Source: an uncultured Nitrososphaeraceae archaeon (GTDB taxonomy: Archaea; Thermoproteota; Nitrososphaeria; Nitrososphaerales; Nitrososphaeraceae). From it: DNA of 64,000 nucleotides. Below, piece by piece: positions 1-12,775 of this stretch. A program made the translations under genes and the position numbers. Within the stretch, counting starts at the first letter, position 1. Every line of letters begins with the position of its first letter. Location: assembly GCA_963765895.1 (NCBI GenBank), contig CAVXZB010000073.1, positions 32,001 through 96,000 on the forward strand, written 5' to 3'. The notes beneath the pieces were generated by a model. That model worked only from the letters and a program-made list of their open reading frames with translations. It was not told the DNA's origin and ran no database searches.

Positions 1-805
1 CATCTAGTCCTTCTGAAGCGCCATATATGCGGTCCATCCTGAGGGACCAGCTCCGATGATGACAAGAATCTCGAACATGGGTTTGGTCAATAGACTCATT
101 AAAGCCAAGGCAGTCTGCAATCTCTTGGTTATTGGATTCCGAAGTGCAAGCTGGCCTCGACAGATTAATACTGGTATTTCACTGGCAGAAATTTGGAAAC
201 TATCCAACAGATTCTGTACGTCAGGGTCGCGTTCTAAATCTATGTAGGAGTATGGATGTCCATTGCGCATAAGAAACTCTTTGATCCGTAACGTACCTGC
301 AGAATATGCTGACCCAACAAGGACAATATCTCCAACGCCAGCAGATATTAGCTCTACCCTACGAAGAATAAAAGCCCTCATCAAATAGATCGAGGAGCTC
401 AGCATCAGTCTGTACCAATCCGAGCATTTGTTGAGGATCCAGTTCAATTACCTCACCTGGCTTGGGAACACGTGCCCGAACTAAAGACCGTCGACCAGAG
501 AACATGTTAACCTCTCCTGTGAATTCACCAGGACCATGGACAGTAATAAGGGTCTCCTGGGCCCCTAAGGGACTTACAATCTCGACTTCGCCTGTGGTTA
601 CGATAAAGAACGGGACCGATGTATCCCCCTGTTCTATTATTACTTCGCCAGACTGCACCGAACTTACATGTCCATGCACTGCAATGCGATCAATCTGAGC
701 TGGAGTTAATTTCGGAAATATCTTCTCAATACGAGAGCTGGTTAGAGGAAGTCCTCTTCGTGCATTGCTCATAGAAGTAGTTTCCTGTACGATTGCTCTT
801 CGCAA
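1..805 (-). CDS. cNMP-binding-domain thioredoxin reductase-like FAD oxidoreductase, N-terminal part (frameshifted; runs off window start)
   Basis: ORF 359..805 has a cNMP-binding fold (IIEQGD...GEFTGE...RRSLVRARV). ORF 4..447 continues with FILRRVEL...FLMRNGHPY and the FAD-binding motif VIIGAGPSG. Confidence 0.85.
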
Positions 806-1275
806 ATCATCGCTAGAAACTTTCTATCATATTCCATAGCGACAAGGGATATAGATATCATCGATTCTGTGATATGGTTCTATAGTCTAATATGCTTGCT
901 GTATATCAAATTGTATAGATTGTTGTAAGTACGATGGTTTAAATCAACTTGCAAAGCGGTTCTAATATAACGAATCATTTGCCCTCACATATATTGCTCT
1001 CGCCAGCCAACCACGCCTAGATTAATGGTCGTCTTGTAATAAATATCACCATAGCATACACCGTCGTCAACTCCATCTACGTATGACATTCTAGGTGTGA
1101 CATATTAACGGTCCACCCACCAGGCAAACAGCCTTCTATGTGTTACATGTCTAATCGATGTATGATCTTTTTTGCATTCTATCATATCATGTTACAGAAA
1201 CAAATTATGAAAGGTGAAACTTTTAGAACACAAGGTCTCTGATAGATAATGATTGTGTGTTATTGGTGCTTTAAA

Positions 1276-2012
1276 TTAGACCTGCGCTGCGCCGCCGTCG
1301 ACGCATAGCTCAATTCCGGTAACAAAGCTGGAATCATCAGATGCCAAAAAGAGCGCAGCAGTTGCAATCTCTGGCGGTTGACCCATTCGACCCATCGGGA
1401 CAATGGAGGCTAAACCATCCTTGATTTCTTGATAAGCGCCGTCGAATATCGCCGTATCTATTGGACCTGGACTGATGACATTGATCCTAATCTTTCCTTT
1501 GAGCTCGGCAGTCCAAGTTCGGGCGAAAGAACGTATGGCTGCTTTGCTGGCGCTGTAGACGGTGGTGCCTGGATATCCCTTCACTCCGGCAATAGAACTA
1601 TTCAGAATGATTGACCCGCCATCCTTCATGAGCGGCATATAGCCTTTTGTACGGTAAATAGAGTGCCACGAACGTTGACGTTAAACGTATCATCAAAACT
1701 CTTCTCGGTAATGGAGCCAAACGGCTTGCTGAGCTCGGCAACGCCAGCACTCGCAAAGAGGATGTCGAGACGGCCCTTCTCCTTTTTGACTATCTCAAAT
1801 AGCCGATCTAGGTCGGAAAGATTGCCGGCATCGCCCCGAATGCCTGTGACATTCTTACCGATTTCTTTGATTGCTTTATCGAGCCTTTCTTGGCTGCGGC
1901 CAGTGATGAAGACATAAGCACCTTCCTCGACAAATAATTTAGTGGTAGCAAGGGCCATCCCACTCGTAGCTCCGGTAATGACAGCGACTCTGTTCTCTAA
2001 CTTTTTTGACAT
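1276..2012 (-). CDS. SDR family oxidoreductase (frameshift near 1630)
   Basis: TGATSGMA Rossmann motif, YSASK catalytic motif, INVISPGPIDT and terminal VDGG across ORFs 1626..2012 and 1276..1638. Confidence 0.92.
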
Positions 2013-2729
2013 GGATTAAGGTAGTTACATAATGATTGAAATAAGTTAATGAAGTGATATGTCTTAGTCCAATGACCCATTGTCTATGCAAGTGCATCCA
2101 ATGGATGATAATATTGCGGGCAGAAAAGTGAAATGAACAATGCCGAACATGACTGTGGGGGCATGACATCTATGACGCAGGTGATAATTTCACATTTCTG
2201 CTTCATTTCCTTTTTCTATTTCTATTCCAATACTACTAATCACCGGATTCTTATCTACTGTCAATGTCTTTCGATGAGACACATGTTCTATGGATGTATC
2301 TGCATCTGCATCTGCATACTTGCTTTGCTTTCTTATCGCCTATCATGTACCTGACAGCCGCTGTTTTATTTTGTTATTAGCCTGTTTGCCGGCGAAGATC
2401 TAAGTACTTGTAAGAGCTTATGAATAAGCCATGTCATTCACCCTCTTGGCGCTATATATATAGCTTAGATATGATGTATTATAGTACAGTAACTTGTCGG
2501 TTGTTGGCTCATGGGAACGATATATGCATTGTCTTTTTTGCAATGCTATGGCTACGTTAAAGCCTACCAAGACGAGACGAATAATGCTGCGCTGCAACAC
2601 TTGAGCTCTGGTGTTTGCCAATGGATTATTCTCGCAACAGAGAATTAAGACGTTGAGAGATTTCAGATTTACACCTGTGCGTGAAATAGTATAAAGCAAT
2701 GTACATAGTATGGTCAATTATCGCTTAAG

Positions 2730-2990
2730 TCACCATGGGAGCTTTGCCGATAGGCAGTTTTATTAACTCCTGCCTATGAGTTGCGAGAAGATGATTACGA
2801 AGATCGAATTCAATAGGTCTTTATAATCACACCAGACGCAAGGTAGCGAGGGCAGCCTCATTGCCTCAGTTTTGTTCTTCTTATCTAGATCCGGTTTTGT
2901 AGTTTGGTGGATCTTTCTATTCTCATTATGCTTATCTGCGACACTTGCGACACTTGTAGAGAACGGAGACACCTCTAGAGCCTTCTCCAT
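2730..2990 (-). pseudogene. Fragment of a C2H2-type zinc-finger protein
   Basis: CVWC followed, after a frame change, by EFDLRNHLLATH. Confidence 0.45.
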
Positions 2991-3115
2991 CCCCTATCGC
3001 AAAGGCTAGGCAAGAGAACAAAGTTGACGATTGGATGAAGCCGAAAAAGGTTATTTCTACCGGTTTAGACCGGAAGAATATGCATATATACACGTACCTT
3101 TAGTATTGATTAGCA

Positions 3116-3577
3116 ATGATCAATTACCAATCCGCAATAACGATTAGCGCAATTGCGGTAATTGCTGCAATGATGATTTCGGTTCCTGTGGCTTCAGCTT
3201 TACCCCAGAAGTACTTTCAAGAGATATTAAGCCGATCGCTGTTACTGCCAGTAGCAGTATCCGGTAATAATATCTATGCAGCATGGAATAATGCTAGTGC
3301 TGCTCTCCATGGCGTTGCCATATTCTTCACAAAGAGTAATGATGGTGGAAAAACGTTTGCAAAGACAATGGTTCTCAGCCCCCCTAACACAAATCCAAAG
3401 ATAGATGTTGTATATGGGAACGTAAGTATAAGCGCGTCAGGTAGTAACGTAGTCGTGACGTGGTGGACAAACGCAACAGGAGCACTTAATCCCGTAATGA
3501 GGACAAGTAGTGACGGTGGGAATACTTTCGCGAATTTAGTAAGGCTGAACAGCACTTCCGGTGGAATTAATAAGTAA
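3116..3577 (+). CDS. Secreted Asp-box (BNR/sialidase-like) protein
   Basis: Hydrophobic signal peptide and two Asp boxes, SNDGGKTF and SSDGGNTF. Confidence 0.8.
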   Translation: MINYQSAITISAIAVIAAMMISVPVASALPQKYFQEILSRSLLLPVAVSGNNIYAAWNNASAALHGVAIFFTKSNDGGKTFAKTMVLSPPNTNPKIDVVYGNVSISASGSNVVVTWWTNATGALNPVMRTSSDGGNTFANLVRLNSTSGGINK

Positions 3578-3616
3578 ATCCCGTAGCTAACAACACCACA
3601 CACGACCTGCATGCGG

Positions 3617-3692
3617 GTTTGTCGTTGCTTCATCAATTACGGAGATAGTATTATCACCGGAATTAGCGACATATACTTTGTCTCCAGATGAT
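3617..3692 (-). pseudogene. Remnant of a YVTN beta-propeller repeat gene
   Basis: Minus-strand reading SSGDKVYVANSGDNTISVIDEATTN, with no intact surrounding ORF. Confidence 0.55.
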
Positions 3693-4372
3693 CTTTGGTG
3701 CCAGCAGTACAGCAATAAGTGGCATGTAGTGTTCGCCGGCAACAACCATATCGATGATGGAGGGTCACACCAACTTATTTAGTAACCTGGGGTCAAAACA
3801 AGAGCAATTAGTTAGTTCGATTGGTATTCAGTCAGTCACTCAGTCAGTAACTATAGATTCATTACTTGTATCACTATTAGTAGTATGTAATTGTTTTTCC
3901 TTCCTGGTTTCCTAACCGTCTCATTGTAACTCTCCAATGGGTCGATATACAGGCTAATCTTGAGACATTAATAAAGAGCAGTTAAACTAAGAATAATTGG
4001 GTCCGATTATATCAGTATCAATCTAGCCTGCTCAAATAATATGAAGATTGGTCAATGTTATGATTGTATGCTGCATTTTGGCAGCAAAGGCCTTGGTTAT
4101 CATGAAAGCGTAACGGCTCCGACCATGCTGACTACGATAGCACAATAAAATGATGTTTGTTTAGCTGGCAGAAAGCTACGTATATAATGCCGAATATGAC
4201 TTTGAACAGGGACCATATTGTGAAACGTTGTCCGACTATGTTCCACACCATAGTTACAGGGCTGGATAAATAAATGACATTTCGTTTCCAATCGACTGCA
4301 ACTAGAATCTTCTCCTAGAAAAATGTAACTGAATGTCCAATAATATGAGTCTATAATAGATATAGTAACAAG

Positions 4373-4636
4373 ATGAAAAATCTAATTACGTTAACCATAC
4401 TCATAGTAATGGTAGCAGGTATAGCAACGGCAACGGTAGCGACGGCAACGGTAATGGCAAAGAAACATCATAGTAAGGGAAATTCGCTAGAAAGAGGGGC
4501 AATTGATGCATTTAGAGACACGAATGGTCTAAATGGTCATGGATATGATGATTCATGTCCTTCAGGACATTCGAGCGCATTCTGTTCCAACTATAAGCAT
4601 GCATATCAAAACCAATTTGATAACGGCGAAGACTAA
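4373..4636 (+). CDS. Small secreted hypothetical protein
   Basis: Signal peptide with duplicated ATATV, one Cys pair, and a T-rich tract directly after the stop. Confidence 0.7.
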   Translation: MKNLITLTILIVMVAGIATATVATATVMAKKHHSKGNSLERGAIDAFRDTNGLNGHGYDDSCPSGHSSAFCSNYKHAYQNQFDNGED

Positions 4637-5166
4637 CTTCTTTTTCTTTTTTAACTTATGGTGTTATTACCGGAATTTTTAACCCTTCTGTCGCAATCTC
4701 TGGTTTTGGCACACTAGCCGCATCTTCCATGTTCCCGCCGGTCTAAGTCCTAGTAAATTCTTTAAACTGCATATAGGGTTCTGGAGCTTGAATAATCCAA
4801 GATCAATTGCATCACAACTCTGGCTTTAGTGCTGCCGGTGCTGCGGGTTTATCATTATTAGTATTTCTTGGTTTCTTATTATCCGATTTCTTTGATCTCT
4901 GAGTCTTTGATGGAGTTGTTAATGACTTTAATAGATCATTTAGTAGTATTCCTTTACTGCCGGTTGTAGGTTTTCCGGTAGTCGTTGACTTTTGAAGATT
5001 TACTAAGATACAGTCATCAATTAGTCTCATGATTCTCTTTCTGACACGCATTGAATTAGGTTATAGTGATTTCTAATTATGACCAGTATTAATCAAATCG
5101 GCTTATGATGTAGAATCACACGAATACGACAGAAGAGAGTATAGCGTTGGAAGACGACATGTTGGC

Positions 5167-5362
5167 CTTTCACGATCCCTATGCAGCATCCTATTATGCT
5201 GCCTATATAATCGTAAAGAAATTGGTTGCTATGATCGGGGCTCTCATAGCCGGCAGATTAGGAATAACCGTTTCTACATGTCTGTGAGAATAATCTGGAC
5301 TCTTATCTAAATGGATAGGCTAGCCTCCTATCCATGTCAGAAGCACTACAATGTGGTCCCAG
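5167..5362. other. Intergenic cluster of stem-loops (candidate structured RNA)
   Basis: Inverted repeats CTTTCACGAT/ATCGTAAAG, GCAGCAT/ATGCTGC, GCTATGA/TCATAGC and ATGGATAGG/CCTATCCAT. Confidence 0.45.
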
Positions 5363-5451
5363 TTTGTTTACAGATGGGGAATGACTGAGAATAATATGTT
5401 AATATCATCGATAAATGAAATAGCAAAACAAGGCAAATGAGGAGATTGTCA

Positions 5452-5670
5452 TTAATTCTGATACTCAATTAATCTTACTATAAACAGAATCACATAAGCG
5501 TCAGATTCAAATATGATATATTTTTGTTTACCTTCTGATGTCATATTTTGATATGATGATTGTTGATTTCTATCGATATCCTCAAGTAGTGACTTTAACT
5601 GCAGTTTAGTTTGTTCATCAAATTCGTCTTTCAGTACTACTTTATTACCTCTATTTTGTACCGTTTCCAT
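5452..5670 (-). CDS. Hypothetical protein
   Basis: 72-aa ATG ORF with protein-like composition and an upstream TATA-like tract. Confidence 0.5.
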   Translation of the reverse strand: METVQNRGNKVVLKDEFDEQTKLQLKSLLEDIDRNQQSSYQNMTSEGKQKYIIFESDAYVILFIVRLIEYQN

Positions 5671-6337
5671 ACTTTATCAGTATAATTTAGAATAAATACT
5701 AGCTATATACGTTACTACATAAAAGGCTCTAGCTTTATTAGTCATTACTCTATGTGAAACTAAATTCAATTGCAATATTATGTCAACATAGTTTAAGATA
5801 ATTCCCGATCAACGTCGTACTATGCGTATGCATTTCGATGAAAAAGACCCTAAATAGATAAATATATCGTTTTACTTTGCCGATGGAGTTATTACGAAAT
5901 CGGCAGAAGGTAAAAATCTTTATGGTTTACAACAATGGAAGACAGAACCATATTATGTAGGTTTTCGATTCCAAAAATATCGTTTCGTCTTATTCGGCAG
6001 ATCATAAGAGACGAACTGTGAATAAGAGTTATCGATTAATATGCATTATTATATAGTTAAGTTTTCATGCGGCACATTTGGTATATTAAGTAGAGTACCG
6101 ATTAGTGGACTCGATCGGTCCTACAAATTCGGCCTCTAGAATCAATTAACAATTAATAATATAAATCACTTCATTATACCACTGTTTCGTGTCCTAGGAG
6201 TTTACTTTACTATAAAGAGAGATCGTTTTAGCCATTGAAAAATGGACAGCTACGAGTAGTCCAAGGATTATTAGAACAGCCTACACCTAGCATAAGTCCA
6301 CATCCAAGTGAGACAGCGTTGATAATAGCAACTTTAT

Positions 6338-7227
6338 ATGTCGAAGTATGATGGTAATCAAATGGCTTCTTCGACCTTTGATTCTAATCAGTTTAAAATG
6401 GATCAACGTGAAGGCTGGAATTGTGTTGCAGAAGGGTGGAAAGAGTGGTGGCAGCCTATTGAGAAAGGAGCTCAAAAGCTCAGCCAGCGATTAATCGAAC
6501 TTGCTGAAATTAAATCCGGACAAAGAATATTGGATATAGCAACCGGCATCGGAGAACCATCAATTACAGGCAGCAAAAGTTGTCGGAACCAGCGGTTATG
6601 TTTTGGCTACAGACATTTCAAGACAAATGCTAGCCATTGCAAAAGAAAGAGCTGCATTGCTGAGATTGCAGGACATAATTGAGTTTAAAGAAAGTGATGC
6701 CGAGAATTTAGACCTGGCAAACTCATCGTTTGATGCAGCACTATGTCGCTGGGGACTAATGCTATTGCCAAATCTAGATGCTGCGATAGGAAAAATATAT
6801 AGTTCGCTAGTATCAGGTGGGCGATTTGCAGCTGCAGTTTGGGCTGATGCGCCTAAAGTCCCAATTATTAGCTTGGCTACCAGAATTATAGGCAGTCAAG
6901 TGCAAATGTCTAGGCTTCCAGGAACTCCAAACCCGTTTAGCCTAGCTGATACAAATAAGCTTGAAAATTCTCTAGCCAGAGCAGGATTGAGATATTCATA
7001 TTGAAAAGGTAATTGTAACATTTGAATTTGCGTCAGGTGATGATTATTGTCGTTACTGTCAAGCAGTTAGTGCATCTGCTCATATTGTGTTATCTAAAGA
7101 AACTGAAGATAGAAGAGAAGAGATCTGGAGAAAAGTGGCAGAAGAAGCAACGCGCAGTTACGGAACTGCTAACGGAGTTATAAAAATGGATAATGAATCA
7201 ATATGTATTGTTGGAACACGACCATGA
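6338..7227 (+). CDS. Class I SAM-dependent methyltransferase (two frameshifts)
   Basis: ILDIATGIGEP motif I, TDISRQML and FDAALCRWGLMLLP. The C-terminus continues in another frame to TGA at 7225-7227. Confidence 0.88.
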
Positions 7228-7289
7228 TAGCAATCTAACTTGCACATTGATGGGTGGAGGAGTACCTGTCATGGTTGTTATTTGGATTA

Positions 7290-7781
7290 CTAATTTCCTT
7301 CATATGCTTGCTTTAGAGTTTTTATGTCGAGCTTATGCATCTGAAGCATTACCTTCATGACTCTCTCTGATTTCTCAGTGTCTTTGTCCTTTAGCATCTG
7401 GATCAAAGCTGTTGGAACAATTTGCCACGAGACTCCATATTTATCCTTGAGCCAACCACACTGCTGCGCTTTTTCATCGCCACCCTCAGAAAGTTTCTTC
7501 CAATAATAGTCCACTTCTCCTTGAGTCTCACAATGAATCTGAAATGAAATGGCTTCGTTGAACTTAAATACTGGGCCACCATTGAGTGCTACAAACTTTT
7601 GTCCTTCAATTTCGAATTCCATAGTCAAAACTGAACCTTCTTTTCCTCCATGAATCTTGTATCACTCTTTCCCATAGTGGGTAACGTCACCAATCTTTGA
7701 ATTTTTGAAAATGGAGGCATAAAACTTTGCTGCCTCCTCTGCTTTATAATCGAACCACAAGCATGGAGTTATTTTCTGCAT
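7290..7781 (-). CDS. VOC/PhnB-like (3-demethylubiquinone-9 3-methyltransferase family) protein, frameshifted
   Basis: [11 protein letters not shown]...AEEAAKFY N-terminus from 7781, then ALNGGP and [16 protein letters not shown]. Confidence 0.9.
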
Positions 7782-7860
7782 ACTCGCAATAATATATAGA
7801 GTACAGTTTATAAATACACAAGGGATCAAAAGTATAGTGAATGTAGTTATCGCTAACTCT

Positions 7861-8131
7861 CAGAATCTCTCTTTCATTTGATCAGAAAAGAATACGCTCG
7901 AATACGAATCGTCATATGAATTCAGATATTTTCATTAGTTCTCTTGCATCGATATATTATATCAGATAGTCTTTCATTATGAATCTGGTTTCTGGTAATG
8001 AGTATGTAGTTCCCCCGACAAACTGCTTGTGAATCGCTATGCGTAGATGAATTACCATGAATAACTGCAGCCAATAATATGTCTAACAAGATCAGAGCCA
8101 TAAGGTTTTTACAAAGTTTTATTTGGTATTG
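7861..8131. repeat. Dispersed non-coding repeat, copy A
   Basis: The left part matches 24236-24400 (TCGAATACGAATC.TCATATGAATTCAGATATTTTCAT; GTCTTTCATTATGAATCT). The right part matches 10118-10235 (TAGATGAATTACCATGAATAACTGCAGCCAATA). Confidence 0.85.
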
Positions 8132-8313
8132 TTCTACTGGTAGACCGTTCGTCCTACAACCGTAGTCATCATATTATACAAATTGGTTCCGTACCTCATG
8201 TGCACGAAATTGGCTGCTGTCATTCGCATTATCATCGTCTCCGCTGACGGTATTCTAATGCATTAGTCACTATGCTCGGCTGAAGGCTTAAGGTAGTTTA
8301 TTGACGCATCCTA

Positions 8314-8586
8314 GTGCAAATGCCAATAGATGACAGATTGAAGCATATTCTTGAAATCATAGCGAAGAATTCAAATTTTAAGACGGACAATAGTGTATTT
8401 GATAATGCTATTGTTGAGGAGAGCAGCTTACCAAAAGAGGAAGCTTACCGTTATCTGTCTCAATTAGAATTAATAGGATTAGTAAAGATAGGCGTAAGGC
8501 CATCAGGTTCAGATCGGAGGTTAATCAATATAACAAAGCTGGGTATTGATGAATGTTATGTGCCAACTGACCGAGATATAGCCTAA
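8314..8586 (+). CDS. Small winged-helix-like protein
   Basis: Helical pattern with YLSQLELIGLVKI...LINITKLG wing. Confidence 0.6.
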   Translation: MQMPIDDRLKHILEIIAKNSNFKTDNSVFDNAIVEESSLPKEEAYRYLSQLELIGLVKIGVRPSGSDRRLINITKLGIDECYVPTDRDIA

Positions 8587-8752
8587 AATAGTAAGCATTA
8601 GATATTTTCTCGAAACTATCCGATTAGTTTCATCATAACGCTCGTGTCGTTTCTTGCCAAAAATGTTCCAACCAGATCAGTGTTTAGACAATCCTTTCAT
8701 GATTTATTATTAATGTTTATATAAAAAGAAGCTTTAACCTAGCCACCAAAAA

Positions 8753-8923
8753 ATGTGCGGCGGTATCTCCTTGATGAGTCTATTTATGATAGCAGCAGGA
8801 TTAGCTGCTACATATGCTATTACAACATTTGGCCCGAAATTATCTTTGCAGAATAAGACAAGGTTCATGAAAGCCAGAATGAAAGAGCTGATGCTAGCTT
8901 ATAATAATCGGGTCACACCATAA
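8753..8923 (+). CDS. Small single-TM protein (56 aa, not in ORF track)
   Basis: ATG ORF MCGGISLMSLFMIAAGLAATYAITTFGPKL..., preceded by a TTTATATA box near 8716. Confidence 0.5.
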   Translation: MCGGISLMSLFMIAAGLAATYAITTFGPKLSLQNKTRFMKARMKELMLAYNNRVTP

Positions 8924-9204
8924 GATATAATGTAGAATAATAAATAAATAAATAAGAAAATAGACTTTATTTAACAAAGTGCAATCTAAAGTGGCTACAA
9001 ACCAGAAGCAGACCACATGGCGATCGTAAATGGTCTATGGATATCTTGTTACGCTATTAGTTTCTGAACATCCACTTATCAGACCAGGGATTCATTCTTG
9101 TCTTTGTCTTTATCGTTTATTATATAACATAAATATTTCTGATGGAACAAGGTAATCCTTATGAGCTACAAAGATGATCTTTATAATTTGAAGATATATG
9201 CGTA

Positions 9205-9495
<291 letters not shown>

Positions 9496-9714
9496 TGACG
9501 CGCCTGCTGTTTGATTAAATCCATACAAAGGCAATTAGTTGCCTGCCTGTAATTATTATTGTGCAATTTGTAGTTAATCCACATTTATACTGTACTATGG
9601 CCAGATTGGTGGTAGAAATGATTTTCTGGAATAGATTAACTGCTCGAGCAAAATGACACGATAAGCGATATGATAAACCCATCCTCTTCTATTCTTAATT
9701 TCCATTCTTCTTAT

Positions 9715-9957
9715 TCTACTGCTCTACTCTATTGCGTCTGACAATTTCCTTGTCGATTTCTTCCTGTTTTATTTGCTCTCCTCTACGTCCTGGTGTTTTC
9801 CCTTGTTGATGACTTACCTTTCTTCTTTCTTCAGACATCTCATCACCTTGAAAATGGCCACCAGTGCCTGGCTGCTTTTTTTCTTTTGCAACTCCTGTGC
9901 ATATCTTTCCCGGAAAGATTGCTCTTCCTCGGTATCATTATTATCATTATTAGACAT
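9715..9957 (-). CDS. Small charged coiled-coil protein (frameshifted)
   Basis: MSNNDNNDTEEEQSFRERYAQELQKKK... then GEQIKQEEIDKEIVRR in another frame. Confidence 0.45.
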
Positions 9958-10117
9958 ATGCTCTATTTGCTTTCTATATTATAGCTATATTACTTTTTAC
10001 TTTTCTAAATTCAAAACATTAACAATTTGAGTCAAATTTAACTATCAAAGAGATATTCAGCCAATAAGTTGAATCTGTCATGAAGGCCTGCAGATACTTT
10101 GGTAGAGAGTACTTTAT

Positions 10118-10235
10118 TTCGCCGGCGAACTGCACCTGAATTACTATGCATAGATGAATTACCATGAATAACTGCAGCCAATAGTTAGGTCTATCAAGAT
10201 CAGAGCTATATGTTTTTATTAAATCCTATTGGATT
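10118..10235. repeat. Dispersed non-coding repeat, copy B
   Basis: Begins with TTCGCCGGCGAA and aligns with about 8010-8131. Confidence 0.85.
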
Positions 10236-10713
10236 TTGGTTTTCTAAGTAGAATGAATTGAGACATGATAAATTATGATGTTGAGTAGAAGTAGTCATTA
10301 CCTCGACTGACGCGGTCACCTCATATTGCTTTCATATACCAGTTTTTCTTTATTGGCGGCATTCAAATACACTAGCCGATAATAGAAGGGTTGTCATTAA
10401 TCGATCTTTGGGTAGACCTGCTGCGAATCGCTGTATGGCGAGAGTAGAGATTTATATGCCAAACATGAATGGGGTTCCAGTTATGTGAAAGGCTATTGGA
10501 ATTAGATTATGTTTTATGTCTGCATTAGAAGTAAATATCCATGCTCTAAGAAAAGTATGCCCGAATGTAAGCTTTGGATGTCTTATTGAAAAGCCAGTAT
10601 CAATAAAATATTTAATTAAAAGATTATCGGCAGATTTAGAATAGTAGGATAGAAAGCTTCGTATATTAATGAATCTAATTCTAACAACGTATCTGTGATC
10701 TGCTAAAGCCAAC

Positions 10714-11780
10714 GTGTGGAAGAGTGGCTGCTTAGTTTCATTTATAAACATAAATAACTTACCCACAGTAAACTTAGTCTTAGGCTTGGAAGGAAGCAAT
10801 GCCAGAACAGAAATAATTTATGGAACTCCGAACATTATTAAGGGAACATTACAAAGACTTTCCGCTGCTGTAAATAAGATAGATGTTTGCATATCATCAG
10901 CAGCAGTAGAGGGAACTGTTAAAGCAGAACCCATTTTTAAGGAAACACTAAGACTTAAAGAAATTGGTATCAAGATTAGATACATTTCAGAAATCACTAA
11001 ACAAAACATTCCATATTGTAAAAGTTTGATGTTGACTGCAGAATTCCGCCATATGGACGGTATAAAGGGGAATTTTTCTATAGTGGATGGAAGAGACTAT
11101 CAAGCTACAGCAGCTGTTAACGAAGGAGATCCACCTAGTGAAAGTGTTTTAAGTACTGCTAGGGCATTTGTGGACCAGCAACAATTCATATTTGATATGT
11201 TATGGCATAAGGCAATTCCTGCAAAACAGAGAATAAAAGAAATCGAGCAAGGCCTGAAAAGAGAATTTATTGAAACTATACAAAGACCCTTACGAGACGC
11301 AAAAGACTTTTAGTGATATATTAAAGTCTGCAAATGAGGAAATTCTAATTTCACTTCCAACTAAAGCTACTGCTAAAAGCGATGCAGTATATCGTTATGT
11401 GCACGAATATCTGCTGCCACTACTAAGAAATGCAGCGTCAAGAGGTGTAGAGATTCTGGCTTCTGGATGGGCAATCCACAGATGAAAACCAAGATATGAA
11501 ATCACTAATAGCTGAGAATAACTCGGATGTAGTGAAAATTCATGTTCTCAAATCCCATCACCAAAATAAAATCATAACTGCAATAGTAGATAAGGAACTA
11601 TGCTTAACGGTAGAAGTAAGGGATACTAGCGATTATGAAGATGAAAATGATGCATCTATTGAAGTGCTAGGACTAGCAACTTATTCCAACAGCGAGTCAA
11701 CGATATTGTCATATGCTTCTATATTTGAAACGTTATGGACACAAGCAGAGTTAAGGAGCAAAACAAAGAAGAATATCTAA
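10714..11780 (+). CDS. Thaumarchaeal sensor-kinase-type N-terminal (TrmB/PLD-like) domain protein without a kinase domain; frameshifted
   Basis: IRYISEITKQNIPYCK...FRHMDGIKGNF, FVDQQQFIFDMLWHKAIPAKQRIKEIE and GLATYSNSESTILSYASIFETLW. No H-box or ATPase motifs before the stop. Confidence 0.72.
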
Positions 11781-11810
11781 ATTGCCTAACTGATTGCTAG
11801 GTTAGTCTAT

Positions 11811-12664
11811 TCATTTTAAAAAATCTGATAGACTAGTTTGTTTTGTGTTACCAGATGTTCTCACTCCGGTATCTGGAATCTCAACATTGTCCCATGCCAC
11901 TTCTGATAAATCCAACATTTTCCTGAATGTGTTAACAGTTCCTGGACCGAATCCGGCATAATGATTGTTTGCTGCCTACAATTGCAAGGTTTAGTCTATC
12001 CCGTTGCTCTTCTCTGGCTCTTTTCAGAAATCTAGCCCATTTCATCATCTCTGAAACTCTATCTTTTTGTATCTTGCCAAAATCTTTTTCTTGTATGGTC
12101 CTATCTCCAATGAATCTAATATACAGAAAATCTGTTGTAACTATTGGAGGAGTTCTTATACCAGCAAGTTGACTCCAGACCATACACATATTGTTATTTG
12201 CAAAAAAACTGTAAGCAAAATCTTTGAAACCATGAGCTGTCTCTAACTTCTACTGCATATCTAAATCTCTTATCTAATTCAGGTATAATATCTCTTAGAC
12301 CATTCATACCTTCAACTATACCCATCGAAGGTGGTAACTGTATCAATAATGCTAAAACCTTGTCTTCAAGGTAAATCATGGAAGAAAAGAATAACTCTAG
12401 CTCTTTTCCTACATCTTTTAGTCGTTTATCATGAGTTATAACTTTTGGAAATTTAGCGGTAAATCTAAAATGTGCTGGAGTCTTTTTGCACCAGTTCTTT
12501 ACCATAAATGCATTAGGCGTCCTGTAAAAAGAAGAATCTATCTCGACAAAGTCAAACACGTGAGAATAATAGCCTAACCATCTGGAATTATCTAGACTAG
12601 GAGGATAAAATGGTCCTTGCCATGCTGAATAACTCCATCCAGAGCAGCCAATATGGTATTGCAA
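11811..12664 (-). CDS. DUF72 (YecE-like) TIM-barrel protein, frameshifted, with C-terminal PIP-box-like motif
   Basis: IGCSGWSY, VEIDSSFY, LIQLPPS, AVEVR, YIRFIG; ends KQTSLSDFLK*. Confidence 0.9.
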
Positions 12665-12775
12665 GTGTATGACGTTATACTAAAACACTACTGTTTTGGA
12701 TAAAGATTATGAAGCTTTTATCGTCTTTTAATTACTATAAATGAATAATTGATATAACTAGTATACAACAGCAAT

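Noticed and set aside
5295-5362. Hammerhead ribozyme
   Set aside because: The minus strand has CTGA next to a stem but lacks the CUGANGA...GAAA core.
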